This document shows, piece after piece, positions 50,656-60,548 of a stretch of DNA of 64,000 nt. Every line of letters starts with the position of its first letter. Position 1 is the stretch's first letter. The position numbers and the translations under genes are program-made. The notes below the pieces were generated by a model, which was not told where the DNA came from, did no database searches, and saw only the letters and a program-made list of their open reading frames with translations. Source of the DNA: an uncultured Gammaproteobacteria bacterium. GTDB taxonomy: Bacteria; Patescibacteriota; Microgenomatia; JALYQM01. Location: contig CAYOFQ010000001.1 in assembly GCA_964403585.1 (NCBI GenBank), positions 520,630-584,629 of the forward strand. Reading direction: 5' to 3'.

Positions 50656-53190
50656 TTGGGAATTGCTGCACTCGCGCACGGCATTAACATGTTCAATTTC
50701 CCGTATTACGAAAACGATGAGGGTGTGTACATGTCCCAGGCCTGGTCGTTTAGTAATGAGGGAAAATTAGCTCCGTACACCTATTGGTATGACCACGCGC
50801 CGCTTGGTTGGATACTTATTTCTTTGTGGACAACACTCACCGGCGGATTTTACACCTTCGGATTCTCCCTCAACTCAGGGAGGGTATTTATGCTTGTGCT
50901 CCACCTTATTTCATCCGTATATCTCTATTTAATAACGAAGAAACTTACCGGCAGCAAACTATCGGGGCTCGCGGCCATCCTTTTTTTCTCCCTTACCCCG
51001 CTCGGAATATATTTCCAGCGTCGTGTTTTGCTCGACAATATCATGATCATGTGGGTGCTCATTTCACTCTATTATCTCCTGGAGTATAAAAACAGGCTGC
51101 TGTACATACTCTTTAGTGCCGTTGCGTTAGCGTTTGCCATTCTGTCAAAAGAAAACGCCATTTTTTTTATTCCGTTGTTCTTCTACATTGTTTACTCGCA
51201 AGCACACAAACGCCACCGGCTTTTTGCGGTGACGCAATGGCTGTTAATAATCGGCTCAATTGTTTCGTTATATTTTGTCTACGCCCTGGTAAAAGGGGAG
51301 TTTTTTCCGGCCTACTCAACCTTAGGCGGGAACACTGAGCACGTTAGTTTACTCGAAACACTTAAATATCAATCCAGTCGAACCGGCGGGAGTATTCTAG
51401 ATACCGAAAACAGTTTGTTCTGGCAATACATGCGGCAATGGAGCGCCGAAGATTGGGTAATAATCTACGGCGGTGTTGCAGCCATGCTGTTTAATTTTCT
51501 GCTCGCTATTCGTAATTTTAATGCCCGGGTCGTAGCACTTTTTGCCGCCTCAATGTTCTTTTTCCTGATGCGCGGAGGGATTGTTATTGAATTCTATGTC
51601 ATTCCGCTGATCCCGTTATTGGCAGTTAACCTGGCGTATGCATTGACCGCTGTAGCCAATGTCTTTGCAAATATTGCACAGCGCGAACATTTGCACAATT
51701 CATTGCTTGGAGCCGCCACACTAGTCTTCAGTGTAGTTATGCTTTCTCAAGCCGGAACTGTTCGGGATAATCGCAATTTATATACATCCAATCAGGCACA
51801 ACCGCAGCGTGATGCCGTCGAGTGGATCAAGGCAAACCGTTCGCCCGACGAATTTATTGTCATCGATAACTATGGCTATTTGGATTTACGGAAAGATCCT
51901 AATAAGCAATTCAATAATGCCGACTGGTATTGGAAAATCGATACCGATAAAGACATTCTGCAAAAAAAGCTCGGTAACGATCCGAACAACATTGATTATT
52001 TAGCCGTGACGCCGCAAATGGAATTTGATATCAAACAAAGTGGGCTGAGTATTGTCGGTAAAGCACTGGGGGATTCCCGCCCTGTCACGCAGTTTTACCG
52101 CGACGGCTGGGGCGTAACTATTTGGGGAGTACATACACCGCAACGTAACTTAATGGCTGCGTGGGAAAGTTACAAACGCGATTTTATCAAAGACGGGCAG
52201 GTGATTGATCCCAGCGGAAAAATTACTACTTCGGAAGGTCAGGCATATGCTTTATTACGTGCAGTGTGGATGAAAGACCAGCCGGCTTTCTTTCAAATTC
52301 ATAAATGGACCAAGGATCATCTCTATCGGGATAACAATTTACTGCAATGGCGTTACAGCAAAGAAAATCCTGCCGCAAACGATCCCGGCTCAGCTACCGA
52401 TGCCGATCAGGATTACGCGCTTGCCCTCTTATTTGGATCGCGGGTCTGGAATGATTCTGGATTCCAAAAAGAAGCGGTTTCCATGATTCGGGCTATCTGG
52501 CAGTACGAAACCGCCGCACTTGGCAGCAAGGTCTACAGTCTTGCCGGAGAGTGGGGCGATAAACCTGATGAGCTGGTTGTAAATCCTTCCTATCTTTCAC
52601 CGTCTCATTACCGCATTTTTGCCCAGGTGGATCCCTCAAATGACTGGAAAAAGGTTGTCGATTCATCCTATGAGGTCTTAGACGGATGTACACACTCGCC
52701 GCTGGACGCCGGCCGCGGCGTTTTGCCGGCCGAATGGTGCGCTATTAACAAAGCAAGCGGAGTCTATAGTAAACCGTCTCAATCAGACTTTTCTACAGAA
52801 TACGGATACAATGCTTTCAGAGTACCGTGGCGGGTAATGCTCGATTATCAATGGAATAGGGATCCGCGTGCTCGCGATTATCTTCGCTCATTGGTATTCC
52901 TGTCCGATCAGTGGAACACGCATAAAAAGTTGTCCGCAGTATATACACATGACGGCCAGGTGCAAGAAGAATACGAATCAGCCGCTGCCTATGCCGGGAA
53001 TCTCGGTTATTTCATGCTTACAAGCCCCACCACTGCTAAAACAATCTATACTACCAAAATTGCTGCGAAGTTCTATGAGAACGAAAAAGAATCCTATTGG
53101 GAAGACCCGGACAATTATTACACCCAAAACATTACCTGGTTTGGTACCGCGTTATACTCCAATCAGCTGCCGAATTTATGGACCAAGTAA
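50656..53190 (+). CDS. Fusion protein: N-terminal GT-C fold membrane glycosyltransferase (PMT/ArnT-like) and C-terminal glycoside hydrolase family 8 domain
   Basis: Roughly 9-11 TM helices. The first-loop DE motif (YENDEGVYMSQAW) is typical of GT39/GT83. GH8 motifs TSEGQAYAL (catalytic Glu) and ATDADQDYALALLFG (GH8 signature) are present. Confidence 0.7.
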   Translation: MGIAALAHGINMFNFPYYENDEGVYMSQAWSFSNEGKLAPYTYWYDHAPLGWILISLWTTLTGGFYTFGFSLNSGRVFMLVLHLISSVYLYLITKKLTGSKLSGLAAILFFSLTPLGIYFQRRVLLDNIMIMWVLISLYYLLEYKNRLLYILFSAVALAFAILSKENAIFFIPLFFYIVYSQAHKRHRLFAVTQWLLIIGSIVSLYFVYALVKGEFFPAYSTLGGNTEHVSLLETLKYQSSRTGGSILDTENSLFWQYMRQWSAEDWVIIYGGVAAMLFNFLLAIRNFNARVVALFAASMFFFLMRGGIVIEFYVIPLIPLLAVNLAYALTAVANVFANIAQREHLHNSLLGAATLVFSVVMLSQAGTVRDNRNLYTSNQAQPQRDAVEWIKANRSPDEFIVIDNYGYLDLRKDPNKQFNNADWYWKIDTDKDILQKKLGNDPNNIDYLAVTPQMEFDIKQSGLSIVGKALGDSRPVTQFYRDGWGVTIWGVHTPQRNLMAAWESYKRDFIKDGQVIDPSGKITTSEGQAYALLRAVWMKDQPAFFQIHKWTKDHLYRDNNLLQWRYSKENPAANDPGSATDADQDYALALLFGSRVWNDSGFQKEAVSMIRAIWQYETAALGSKVYSLAGEWGDKPDELVVNPSYLSPSHYRIFAQVDPSNDWKKVVDSSYEVLDGCTHSPLDAGRGVLPAEWCAINKASGVYSKPSQSDFSTEYGYNAFRVPWRVMLDYQWNRDPRARDYLRSLVFLSDQWNTHKKLSAVYTHDGQVQEEYESAAAYAGNLGYFMLTSPTTAKTIYTTKIAAKFYENEKESYWEDPDNYYTQNITWFGTALYSNQLPNLWTK

Positions 53191-53264
53191 GCAGGTCTTG
53201 TATTGATCCATGCTTTTTTCTGTGATATATCTAATTAGCTTATACGTTATGGATAGATTTCAGC

Positions 53265-54578
53265 ATGTCTTATACAACCTCAATAGGATCATACACATCA
53301 CTTTATGCTCGAATATTGTCGTACCGCAAATTCCTCATTAGGTCGTTCTTCACCTTACTGTTCTTCCTGGTTTTATACGGAATCTTAATTTATAAACTGG
53401 TATTTTTCCTGAATACTCCATGGGACTGGTTCGCCGGAGTATATAGTCTTCTTACCGGTGCTTTTTTGTTATCACGTTTTGCCATAGTATTATTCTATTC
53501 GGATAATCATACCGGAACATTCAAAAGCAAAAGATACCCAACAATTTCGGTGGTAATTGCCTGTAAAAATGAAGAGGATTCAATATACAAAACAATTGAG
53601 ACGTGTATGCAATCCGAATATCCCAAACCTATTGAATGTATCGCGGTTGACGATGGCTCAACAGATAATACCTATGCCGAAATGGAACGCGCCGAAAAAG
53701 ACTTCAATGGAGTACGTTTGATCAAGTTCGATAAGAACAGAGGAAAACGCGAGGGGATGGCCGAAGGAGTTTTGATTGCCAGGAATGAAGTAATCGTATT
53801 TGTTGATTCTGACAGCTTTGTTAAAAAGGATGCCATCAAAATTATTGCTGAGCATTTCATCTATGATGATAAAGTCGGCGCAGTATCGGGTAATAGTAAA
53901 GTCGAAAATATTGATACAAACGCCCTTACCAAAATGCAGTCAGCCCGGTACGGGGTTTCATTTGATATTTTCAAAGCCTGTGAAGGTGTATTTGGTACAG
54001 TTACCTGCTGCCCGGGGTGTTTCTCTGCGTACCGGCGCAAAGCAATTATGGAAGTTATTAATGCCTGGCGATACCAAATGTTTTTGGGTACCCGGAGCAC
54101 CTTTGGTGATGACCGCAGTTTAACAAATCACGTTCTGCGTAAATGGAAAGTTGAGTACTGTATAACGGCTGAGGCGACGACCATTGTCCCCGACAAATAT
54201 AAAAAGTTTTTTAAACAGCAATTCCGCTGGAAGAAATCCTGGATCCGCGAAGGTACCAATGCTGCCAAGTTCATTTGGCGAAAACATCCGATCGCAGCGC
54301 TGTCATTTTATACTAATCTGCTCATTCCCATTTTTGGTCCATTTATTGTCGGATACGTACTCTACTATAGTTTTTACGTTCAAAATGCATTGCCTTTCGT
54401 CTATTTTGGTGGCTTGACCGCAATGAGTGTCCTGTTCGGTGCGTTTTACTATATTCGCTCAGAAAACAAATACTGGTGGTATGTGATTCTCTTCACCTGG
54501 CTTTATTCAATAGTGTTAATTTGGCAGATGCCGTACGCGCTCCTGAAACTGCGCGACACTAAATGGGGGACACGGTAA
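53265..54578 (+). CDS. Processive family-2 glycosyltransferase (NodC / chitin synthase / HasA / PgaC-like polysaccharide synthase)
   Basis: TM-flanked GT2 with DDGSTD, DSDSF, GCFSAYRR and QQFRWKKSW (the QxxRW motif). Confidence 0.85.
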   Translation: MSYTTSIGSYTSLYARILSYRKFLIRSFFTLLFFLVLYGILIYKLVFFLNTPWDWFAGVYSLLTGAFLLSRFAIVLFYSDNHTGTFKSKRYPTISVVIACKNEEDSIYKTIETCMQSEYPKPIECIAVDDGSTDNTYAEMERAEKDFNGVRLIKFDKNRGKREGMAEGVLIARNEVIVFVDSDSFVKKDAIKIIAEHFIYDDKVGAVSGNSKVENIDTNALTKMQSARYGVSFDIFKACEGVFGTVTCCPGCFSAYRRKAIMEVINAWRYQMFLGTRSTFGDDRSLTNHVLRKWKVEYCITAEATTIVPDKYKKFFKQQFRWKKSWIREGTNAAKFIWRKHPIAALSFYTNLLIPIFGPFIVGYVLYYSFYVQNALPFVYFGGLTAMSVLFGAFYYIRSENKYWWYVILFTWLYSIVLIWQMPYALLKLRDTKWGTR

Positions 54579-56108
54579 ATGCCACGACCGAAGCCCCATA
54601 AACGAGCGCTGCTGCTTGCAATGATTAGTGCCGGAATCGGGGTAGCGTTGTATATAACATACCCTTTTGCCAAAGAGATCTTACGAAATTACTCAGTGCC
54701 GTATTATTCGTACAGCAAAAAAAATATCACTTCACCCAAACCGGCCGCGCGGGAACCGGCTGTTGCGGTGCCAATTCTCATGTATCACGGCGTCGTACCC
54801 GATGCGGATCCGGAAAATACGCAGCAGGCACTCTTTGTTGAGCAAATGGAATTACTGAAAAAAAACGGCTATGAAACTATTACCATCAGCCAATATGATC
54901 AGTTCAGACAAAAGCAATTCACATTGCCGCCTAAACCGATCATCATAACCTTCGATGACGGTCGCAAAGACAGTTTCTATCCCACTGATGATGTATTTAA
55001 GAAACTCGGATTTAAGGCAACTATATTTCTTGCCACCATCAAACCTGATGAAAAAGATAAGTTCTATCTGAGCTGGGAAGATCTGAAGAAAATGAGAAAC
55101 AGCGGGCGGTGGGAGATCGAAGCACACGGACGACGCTCGCATGAGAAGGTGATTGCCAATAAACAAGGGAATACCGGAAGATACCTTACTTCCCGTATGT
55201 ATAACCAGGAGACTGGGCAACTCGAAAGTTTAGAGGATTTTAAAAACCGGGTCGAAGAGGATTACAAAAACGGTATTGAAGATATTAAGAAAAATCTCGG
55301 TCTTGATCCAAAGTATTACGCTATTCCACTTAACGATTACGGACAAAATGCCGGCGAAGCACAACCAGAAGCGGTCACCTTGAATAGAGAACTGACGCAG
55401 AAATATTTCCGGATGGCTTTCATCGAGGAATTCGTTTACACCGACAAACTTTCCAACGAGTACTATCATCTGCAAAATAATATTTATAACTATGCTGATG
55501 ATGACCCATATACGTTACGCCGCGTTGAAGTACGCAATATGCCGGCCCAAAAACTGCTCGATTTCCTGGAGGCCGAATCCCCCCGTACCCGAGCCATCAC
55601 CATTAACACCGAGCATCCTGATGACTTTAAGAAAAATACCATCCTGCGCTACGGTGACGGCTTATTTGATAAGGACGGCTTCCATCTGAAGTCAAATGCC
55701 AAAACTGCCAGTGCCAAAGCATTTTTTGGCAATAAGCGCTGGAAGGACTACACCATCGAAGCAACAATGCAGCGGATTAAAGGGCGGAACATCACCCTTC
55801 TCGGACACATGCCGGATAACTCCAACGATGTCGGATTCGGCATGACCGACAATGGCCTGTTCCTGCGGGAGACAAACAATGGTTCTGAAACCGAGCTGAG
55901 TCCGTCAATTATTATTAATCCGGTTGCCGGTCGTGCGTACAATTTCAAAATGGTCTTCAAGAGTAATACCGTTATCTGTTATTTGGATGGGATTCAGGTA
56001 TTTCCGCAAACTACCATTCATCAAACCGCCGGTTTCGCCGGATTTAAAGTCTGGGATGATAAAGAAGCGGAGGGGTTACTCAAATCGATCAAAATATACT
56101 ACAATTAA
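54579..56108 (+). CDS. Membrane-anchored polysaccharide deacetylase (CE4/NodB homology) with a C-terminal lectin-like beta-sandwich domain
   Basis: 1-nt stop/start overlap with the GT2 gene. CE4 motif 1 IITFDDGRKDS. His motifs. 509 aa. Confidence 0.8.
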   Translation: MPRPKPHKRALLLAMISAGIGVALYITYPFAKEILRNYSVPYYSYSKKNITSPKPAAREPAVAVPILMYHGVVPDADPENTQQALFVEQMELLKKNGYETITISQYDQFRQKQFTLPPKPIIITFDDGRKDSFYPTDDVFKKLGFKATIFLATIKPDEKDKFYLSWEDLKKMRNSGRWEIEAHGRRSHEKVIANKQGNTGRYLTSRMYNQETGQLESLEDFKNRVEEDYKNGIEDIKKNLGLDPKYYAIPLNDYGQNAGEAQPEAVTLNRELTQKYFRMAFIEEFVYTDKLSNEYYHLQNNIYNYADDDPYTLRRVEVRNMPAQKLLDFLEAESPRTRAITINTEHPDDFKKNTILRYGDGLFDKDGFHLKSNAKTASAKAFFGNKRWKDYTIEATMQRIKGRNITLLGHMPDNSNDVGFGMTDNGLFLRETNNGSETELSPSIIINPVAGRAYNFKMVFKSNTVICYLDGIQVFPQTTIHQTAGFAGFKVWDDKEAEGLLKSIKIYYN

Positions 56109-56112
56109 TTAA

Positions 56113-57054
56113 ATGAAACGAATTGTAGTTATTTTTAGCGTTATTTTTGTACTGCTAAGTGCGTTTTGTGTGTATTTATATTACTATCAATCCACCAGCA
56201 GTCAGGCACTACTCATGAAGCCTTTTATCTCTGTAGATATCCAAAATACGCTTCGTTCGCCCGACAATTCCTTTGCCGATGAGCCAAGCCCGAGCCCTGA
56301 CAGCCCGCTGCCCAGTGATTTTATTGACGATTTTACTGCTAAGCGAACAATTGAGGAAGCTCCGAATATCGGTGCCAGCTCTGATGCCAACTGGTGGGTT
56401 AACTCCGGCGGCCAGTTTGTCATCGAAAAGGGAATTGGTAAAACCATGCAGGGCGACGCACCCGATTCTTCCCGCTGGTACGAAGCGTATAAGCGTACAA
56501 CTCCCGTGGATACAGATGACGGCCGTCATCCGCAAAATATTTTCAGATTGGTACTGCGGTCGGATTGGCGGGATTATACCCAGCAGGTATACGCACAAGT
56601 TCTCAAAGATAACATCAGTAATAGTCAGTCACGCGACGACTCCAACGGACTGTTCTTGTTCAACCGGTACGTAAACGGCGATAATGTCTATTACACAGGG
56701 TTACGTGTTGACGGGGCAGTCGTGATCAAGAAAAAATACAAAGGTGCGTACTATACCATGGGGTATAAAAAGATTCTGAATTTACCAAAGTACCATCGTA
56801 CCGACAATCCGAACTTACTTCCAAAAGATACCTGGATTGGCATTAAAAGTACCGTAACCAGTCTCGAAGACAATAAGGTCAAAATAGATTTCTATACCGA
56901 TATTGGCGCAACCGGAACCTGGAAATTAGGGATTTCGGCAACCGACGACAATAAAGCCTATGGCGGCCCAAGTTTAGCTAAAGCAGGCCATGCCGGTATC
57001 CGTACTGACTTTATGGATGTACAATTTAAGGAGTATAAGATTTCGGGAATATAA
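56113..57054 (+). CDS. Secreted protein with a concanavalin/LamG-like (DUF1080-type) domain
   Basis: Signal anchor. PS-rich linker. C-terminal AGHAGIRTDFMDVQFKEYKI resembles the DUF1080 terminal strand. Confidence 0.45.
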   Translation: MKRIVVIFSVIFVLLSAFCVYLYYYQSTSSQALLMKPFISVDIQNTLRSPDNSFADEPSPSPDSPLPSDFIDDFTAKRTIEEAPNIGASSDANWWVNSGGQFVIEKGIGKTMQGDAPDSSRWYEAYKRTTPVDTDDGRHPQNIFRLVLRSDWRDYTQQVYAQVLKDNISNSQSRDDSNGLFLFNRYVNGDNVYYTGLRVDGAVVIKKKYKGAYYTMGYKKILNLPKYHRTDNPNLLPKDTWIGIKSTVTSLEDNKVKIDFYTDIGATGTWKLGISATDDNKAYGGPSLAKAGHAGIRTDFMDVQFKEYKISGI

Positions 57055-57677
57055 TGAATAAAAATATTGTGGTGATTGCCTCGGTTCTCATCTTTGCCCT
57101 GGGATACAACTTACTGGTTGGATCAACTAAGCTGGAATCATTTGAGTGCGCCAATCAGTCGGCTTATCTGCTTTGTGATAAAAAAGTAGGCTTCGATACG
57201 TATACGTTATTTTTCTCTCTTCCACTGATCGCAGGAGTGATTGGTTTACTCTCACGGTATAATCCACCTAAGGTAATCTTAACTACCCTAATCACCTTAA
57301 TAATTTGGATTCTTACTATTGAGCTCATCTCTCATCTCCTGGTTCTTCCGGTGCTGTACACACATTTTATGGAAGGACGTCAGAGCCTTTCTTTGTCGGG
57401 ATATTTCGGATTTCGTGAGGCAGCAGGAGTGATGCTCATCGCCTTAATAATATCGCTGCTGTGTAGTTACATTGGGAACATTATCCATTTATTCGTGACT
57501 ACAAAACCCGGTCAGTGGCGCCAAACGATCCCGCGAAAAAACCTTATCTGGGCACCCGTCTACATTTTCGGTGTCATATTCTTTTCGTATCTCATTCTAC
57601 TGCTCACCATGACATCACAGCCGCGTTCGCAAATACAACAGTATCCGGTAGAACGTTTGCCTACCGAACTGAGATAA
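57054..57677 (+). CDS. Polytopic membrane protein, function unknown
   Basis: 207 aa with 5-6 hydrophobic helices. The start overlaps the upstream stop. Confidence 0.5.
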   Translation: MNKNIVVIASVLIFALGYNLLVGSTKLESFECANQSAYLLCDKKVGFDTYTLFFSLPLIAGVIGLLSRYNPPKVILTTLITLIIWILTIELISHLLVLPVLYTHFMEGRQSLSLSGYFGFREAAGVMLIALIISLLCSYIGNIIHLFVTTKPGQWRQTIPRKNLIWAPVYIFGVIFFSYLILLLTMTSQPRSQIQQYPVERLPTELR

Positions 57678-57678
57678 T

Positions 57679-58374
57679 ATGTTTACGTACAAAACCAAAA
57701 CCTACGGCAAAGGTCAAAAAGTTGTCTATCTGTTATCCGGCTGGGCGTTTGACCGCCGGTTTTTCGCTCCTGTCGCGTATGTGCTGGTGCTCGCCGGATA
57801 TACCTGTACTGTCTATTCGTACGACGCCTCAGTGCTTTCTCCGGATATTCACAAAACCATAGCCAGATTCACTGAAGTCAAGGAAAGTATTCTTGCTAAA
57901 ATAGCAGCTGACACGCAGGCAGGGAAAACACCGTATGCAGTTTTTGGCACAAGTCTCGGCGCCATTATCGGTTTGATGGTCGTCAACGAAAGCCCGGGTA
58001 TCAAAAAAGTTATTCTCAATCTAACCGGGGCTGATATTGCCGAGACCGTCTGGGGGTGGGATATTATTAAGCCTTGGTTTAAAAAGGCGCTACGGATCGC
58101 CGGGATAACCCTAGAACGGTTAAAGAAAGATTGGGCACCTATTAGCCCAATCAACAACATCGACCATTTACAGGGCAAGGATATTTTATTGTATCTCTCT
58201 GAAAAAGATGAAGTAATTCCGTACACCCAAGGTGAAAAATTTAAACAAAGTCTCGAAGCAAGAGGATACCAACTCCAATTTATACTCAATAGAAAACGAA
58301 TCCATATTCTTGCAGCGGCCTGGAACTTAATTAAGTTTCCCGTGTATATAAAATTCCTTAAGAAGACTTCTTAA
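57679..58374 (+). CDS. Alpha/beta hydrolase fold esterase
   Basis: Nucleophile elbow GTSLGA (G-x-S-x-G). 231 aa. Confidence 0.6.
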   Translation: MFTYKTKTYGKGQKVVYLLSGWAFDRRFFAPVAYVLVLAGYTCTVYSYDASVLSPDIHKTIARFTEVKESILAKIAADTQAGKTPYAVFGTSLGAIIGLMVVNESPGIKKVILNLTGADIAETVWGWDIIKPWFKKALRIAGITLERLKKDWAPISPINNIDHLQGKDILLYLSEKDEVIPYTQGEKFKQSLEARGYQLQFILNRKRIHILAAAWNLIKFPVYIKFLKKTS

Positions 58375-58696
58375 CAGGCACAAATTCCGGAGGATTATCC
58401 GAAAATACCGGTCCTTTCCCCGCATACACATTTTGTTCACATTCCAGGTGTTGATACCACCATTTCCCATTGCCTTTCGCGTCAACTTCAGGTGCCGGCA
58501 ATGGTTCACCTTCGGCAACACCGTAATATTTGCGGAGCGCCGGGAAACAATCGTGGTACATGACATAGTTGTGCTCTTTTGAATTCGGAATAAACATCGT
58601 CGCGATAACCAGAATAATACCTATAACGGTATTTGCTGCTGCATACCCTATCAAAAATATCCCGCGTAAGGCTAAAGGTTTGGTGCTTTGTGACAA
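58358..58696 (-). CDS. Small single-TM protein, function unknown
   Basis: 112 aa ORF convergent with the hydrolase gene. One hydrophobic helix. Confidence 0.35.
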   Translation of the reverse strand: MSQSTKPLALRGIFLIGYAAANTVIGIILVIATMFIPNSKEHNYVMYHDCFPALRKYYGVAEGEPLPAPEVDAKGNGKWWYQHLECEQNVYAGKGPVFSDNPPEFVPVKKSS

Positions 58697-58819
58697 ATAG
58701 ATTCCGGCATCGGCACGCTAGGCAGCAGGTGGAGAAATGAGTTGAGAAAGAGAAACAGATCTACCAGTGCAAAGGCAGCTAGTAAATACCAGGTTTTCCG
58801 GGGAAGCTTCATGAATCTA

Positions 58820-60442
58820 TTATACTATCTCTTCTTTCTTCTCACGAATAAACGAAAACCATTCTTCGGCGATCGTGATCAGCGATTTGAGCGGGGCTTC
58901 GAGAATAAAATCAAAAATGAAAATAAAAATATTAATTTTTGAGAAACCGGCCGACAGCCACCGGCCAACACGCAGGAACGGCAGGAAAAAGAAATCGATA
59001 ATCGCCGTAAAAAAGGATTCTTTATCCCCGGTCACCATCAGCTCGGTAGCTGTTTGTCGAATACGGAAGGCAAAGAAAGATACCAGACAGGTGAACAGGA
59101 AGAAGAGTCCCTTGCTGACAATATTAAAATGCAAATTAGACAAAAGAATCCAGATTAAGCCAAAAGAAATGATAAATGTTGCTGCATAGACATAGACAAA
59201 CACTTCCGACCGGCGTTTCGGGAGCGGGATCTTAAGTTTAATTGCATTTCTACCATCCGGGTCATCAACCAGCGCATTGACCCGGTCCATAATTTTATCG
59301 GTATTCTTTTTATCCGGCGTCCTGATCGACAGAGCGACAATAAACATCAGTAACGGCGGAAAAATAACATTAATCAACAGTGGAATATATAAGACTTCAC
59401 CGTGAATGAGATTATCAGCGGGAAGCTCTAAAATAAAAGCCAAAGTCATTTTTGTGATGAACAGGTAAATAATACTTCGGGTCGCCGCGCGTTGAATTTT
59501 CTGTCGCACCGTCTTATACCGGGTTGTGCACTCCTCACGAATGGTTTCCTCGCGTTTAGCCGGATCGGCCAGTAAGTCGTACCGGTTCTTTTTATTTTTA
59601 TCGACCACTGACTTAATAATTAAAAACGGCGCCGTTTGCCTCCGTATCACCGGCAGTAAGCGTTCACCAAGCGGATGATGTAAATGGTATTCAATAGCCT
59701 CCACTGCCTGAATAAATTGTGTTGCCACCTGTTCGGTTAAATCAGGCTGATTTTTAGTCCAGTCGGGATAATAACTGGTCAACAAGTGGTACCGTAGCAC
59801 CGCACTGTCCGATTTAAGCAAACAGCGGTGGATCGTAAGGAACACCTGTAAGTTCTTAGTTGCTTCGTCAATTCCGGGAGCACTTTCGGTGTGATCAAGG
59901 GATAAATACATCAGCTGAACCAGCGCATCGGTAGTGTAATGAGGGACCAGTAATTGTTCAATTTCCGCAGACATAACGCCAATAATCCAGTCACGTAAAT
60001 CAGGAAGTTTTTTCGTCTGTTTATAGGTGTTCCGCTCAAGTAAGACTTTGTACCGGCGGATAATTTGGGCCACTTCATCGATACGTTCCTGAGGCAAAAT
60101 ATTATTATCAATGTAATGAGCCCAGGTAATTTCTTTTATTAACCCTTCGGCGATACTGCGCTCGCCATTTTTGGATGAAGTGATTCGTCTGAGCAGGATA
60201 CGGCCAATCGCTTTCCGGCGTAAAACTGTCTCATCCTGATAGTCGATAACCTGCCGAACACGTTCAAAAACAACAGCTAGGGCTGAAGCCGCTCGGGAGA
60301 CTTGAATATTCCCGGTATTCTGTGAAGCCGCCGATGCCTGGGATTCCAAATCATATGACCGGAGAAACTCTTTTACCGAAGGAGACTTTATCTCTGGTGG
60401 TGGAGAAGGAGGTGTAAATTGAGATTGTGAACCTGTATCCAT
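58820..60442 (-). CDS. Large hypothetical protein with a C-terminal polytopic membrane domain
   Basis: 540 aa. N-terminal soluble region, then 5 or more TM helices. Confidence 0.5.
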   Translation of the reverse strand: MDTGSQSQFTPPSPPPEIKSPSVKEFLRSYDLESQASAASQNTGNIQVSRAASALAVVFERVRQVIDYQDETVLRRKAIGRILLRRITSSKNGERSIAEGLIKEITWAHYIDNNILPQERIDEVAQIIRRYKVLLERNTYKQTKKLPDLRDWIIGVMSAEIEQLLVPHYTTDALVQLMYLSLDHTESAPGIDEATKNLQVFLTIHRCLLKSDSAVLRYHLLTSYYPDWTKNQPDLTEQVATQFIQAVEAIEYHLHHPLGERLLPVIRRQTAPFLIIKSVVDKNKKNRYDLLADPAKREETIREECTTRYKTVRQKIQRAATRSIIYLFITKMTLAFILELPADNLIHGEVLYIPLLINVIFPPLLMFIVALSIRTPDKKNTDKIMDRVNALVDDPDGRNAIKLKIPLPKRRSEVFVYVYAATFIISFGLIWILLSNLHFNIVSKGLFFLFTCLVSFFAFRIRQTATELMVTGDKESFFTAIIDFFFLPFLRVGRWLSAGFSKINIFIFIFDFILEAPLKSLITIAEEWFSFIREKKEEIV

Positions 60443-60548
60443 ATAAGCTGCTAAAGCAGAATCAATTATACTCCAACCCGGTTAAAAAGCACAGAGAGAA
60501 TAAACAGCATTTTGACCGTAGAAATAGGAATTACCGACTATCACCTAA

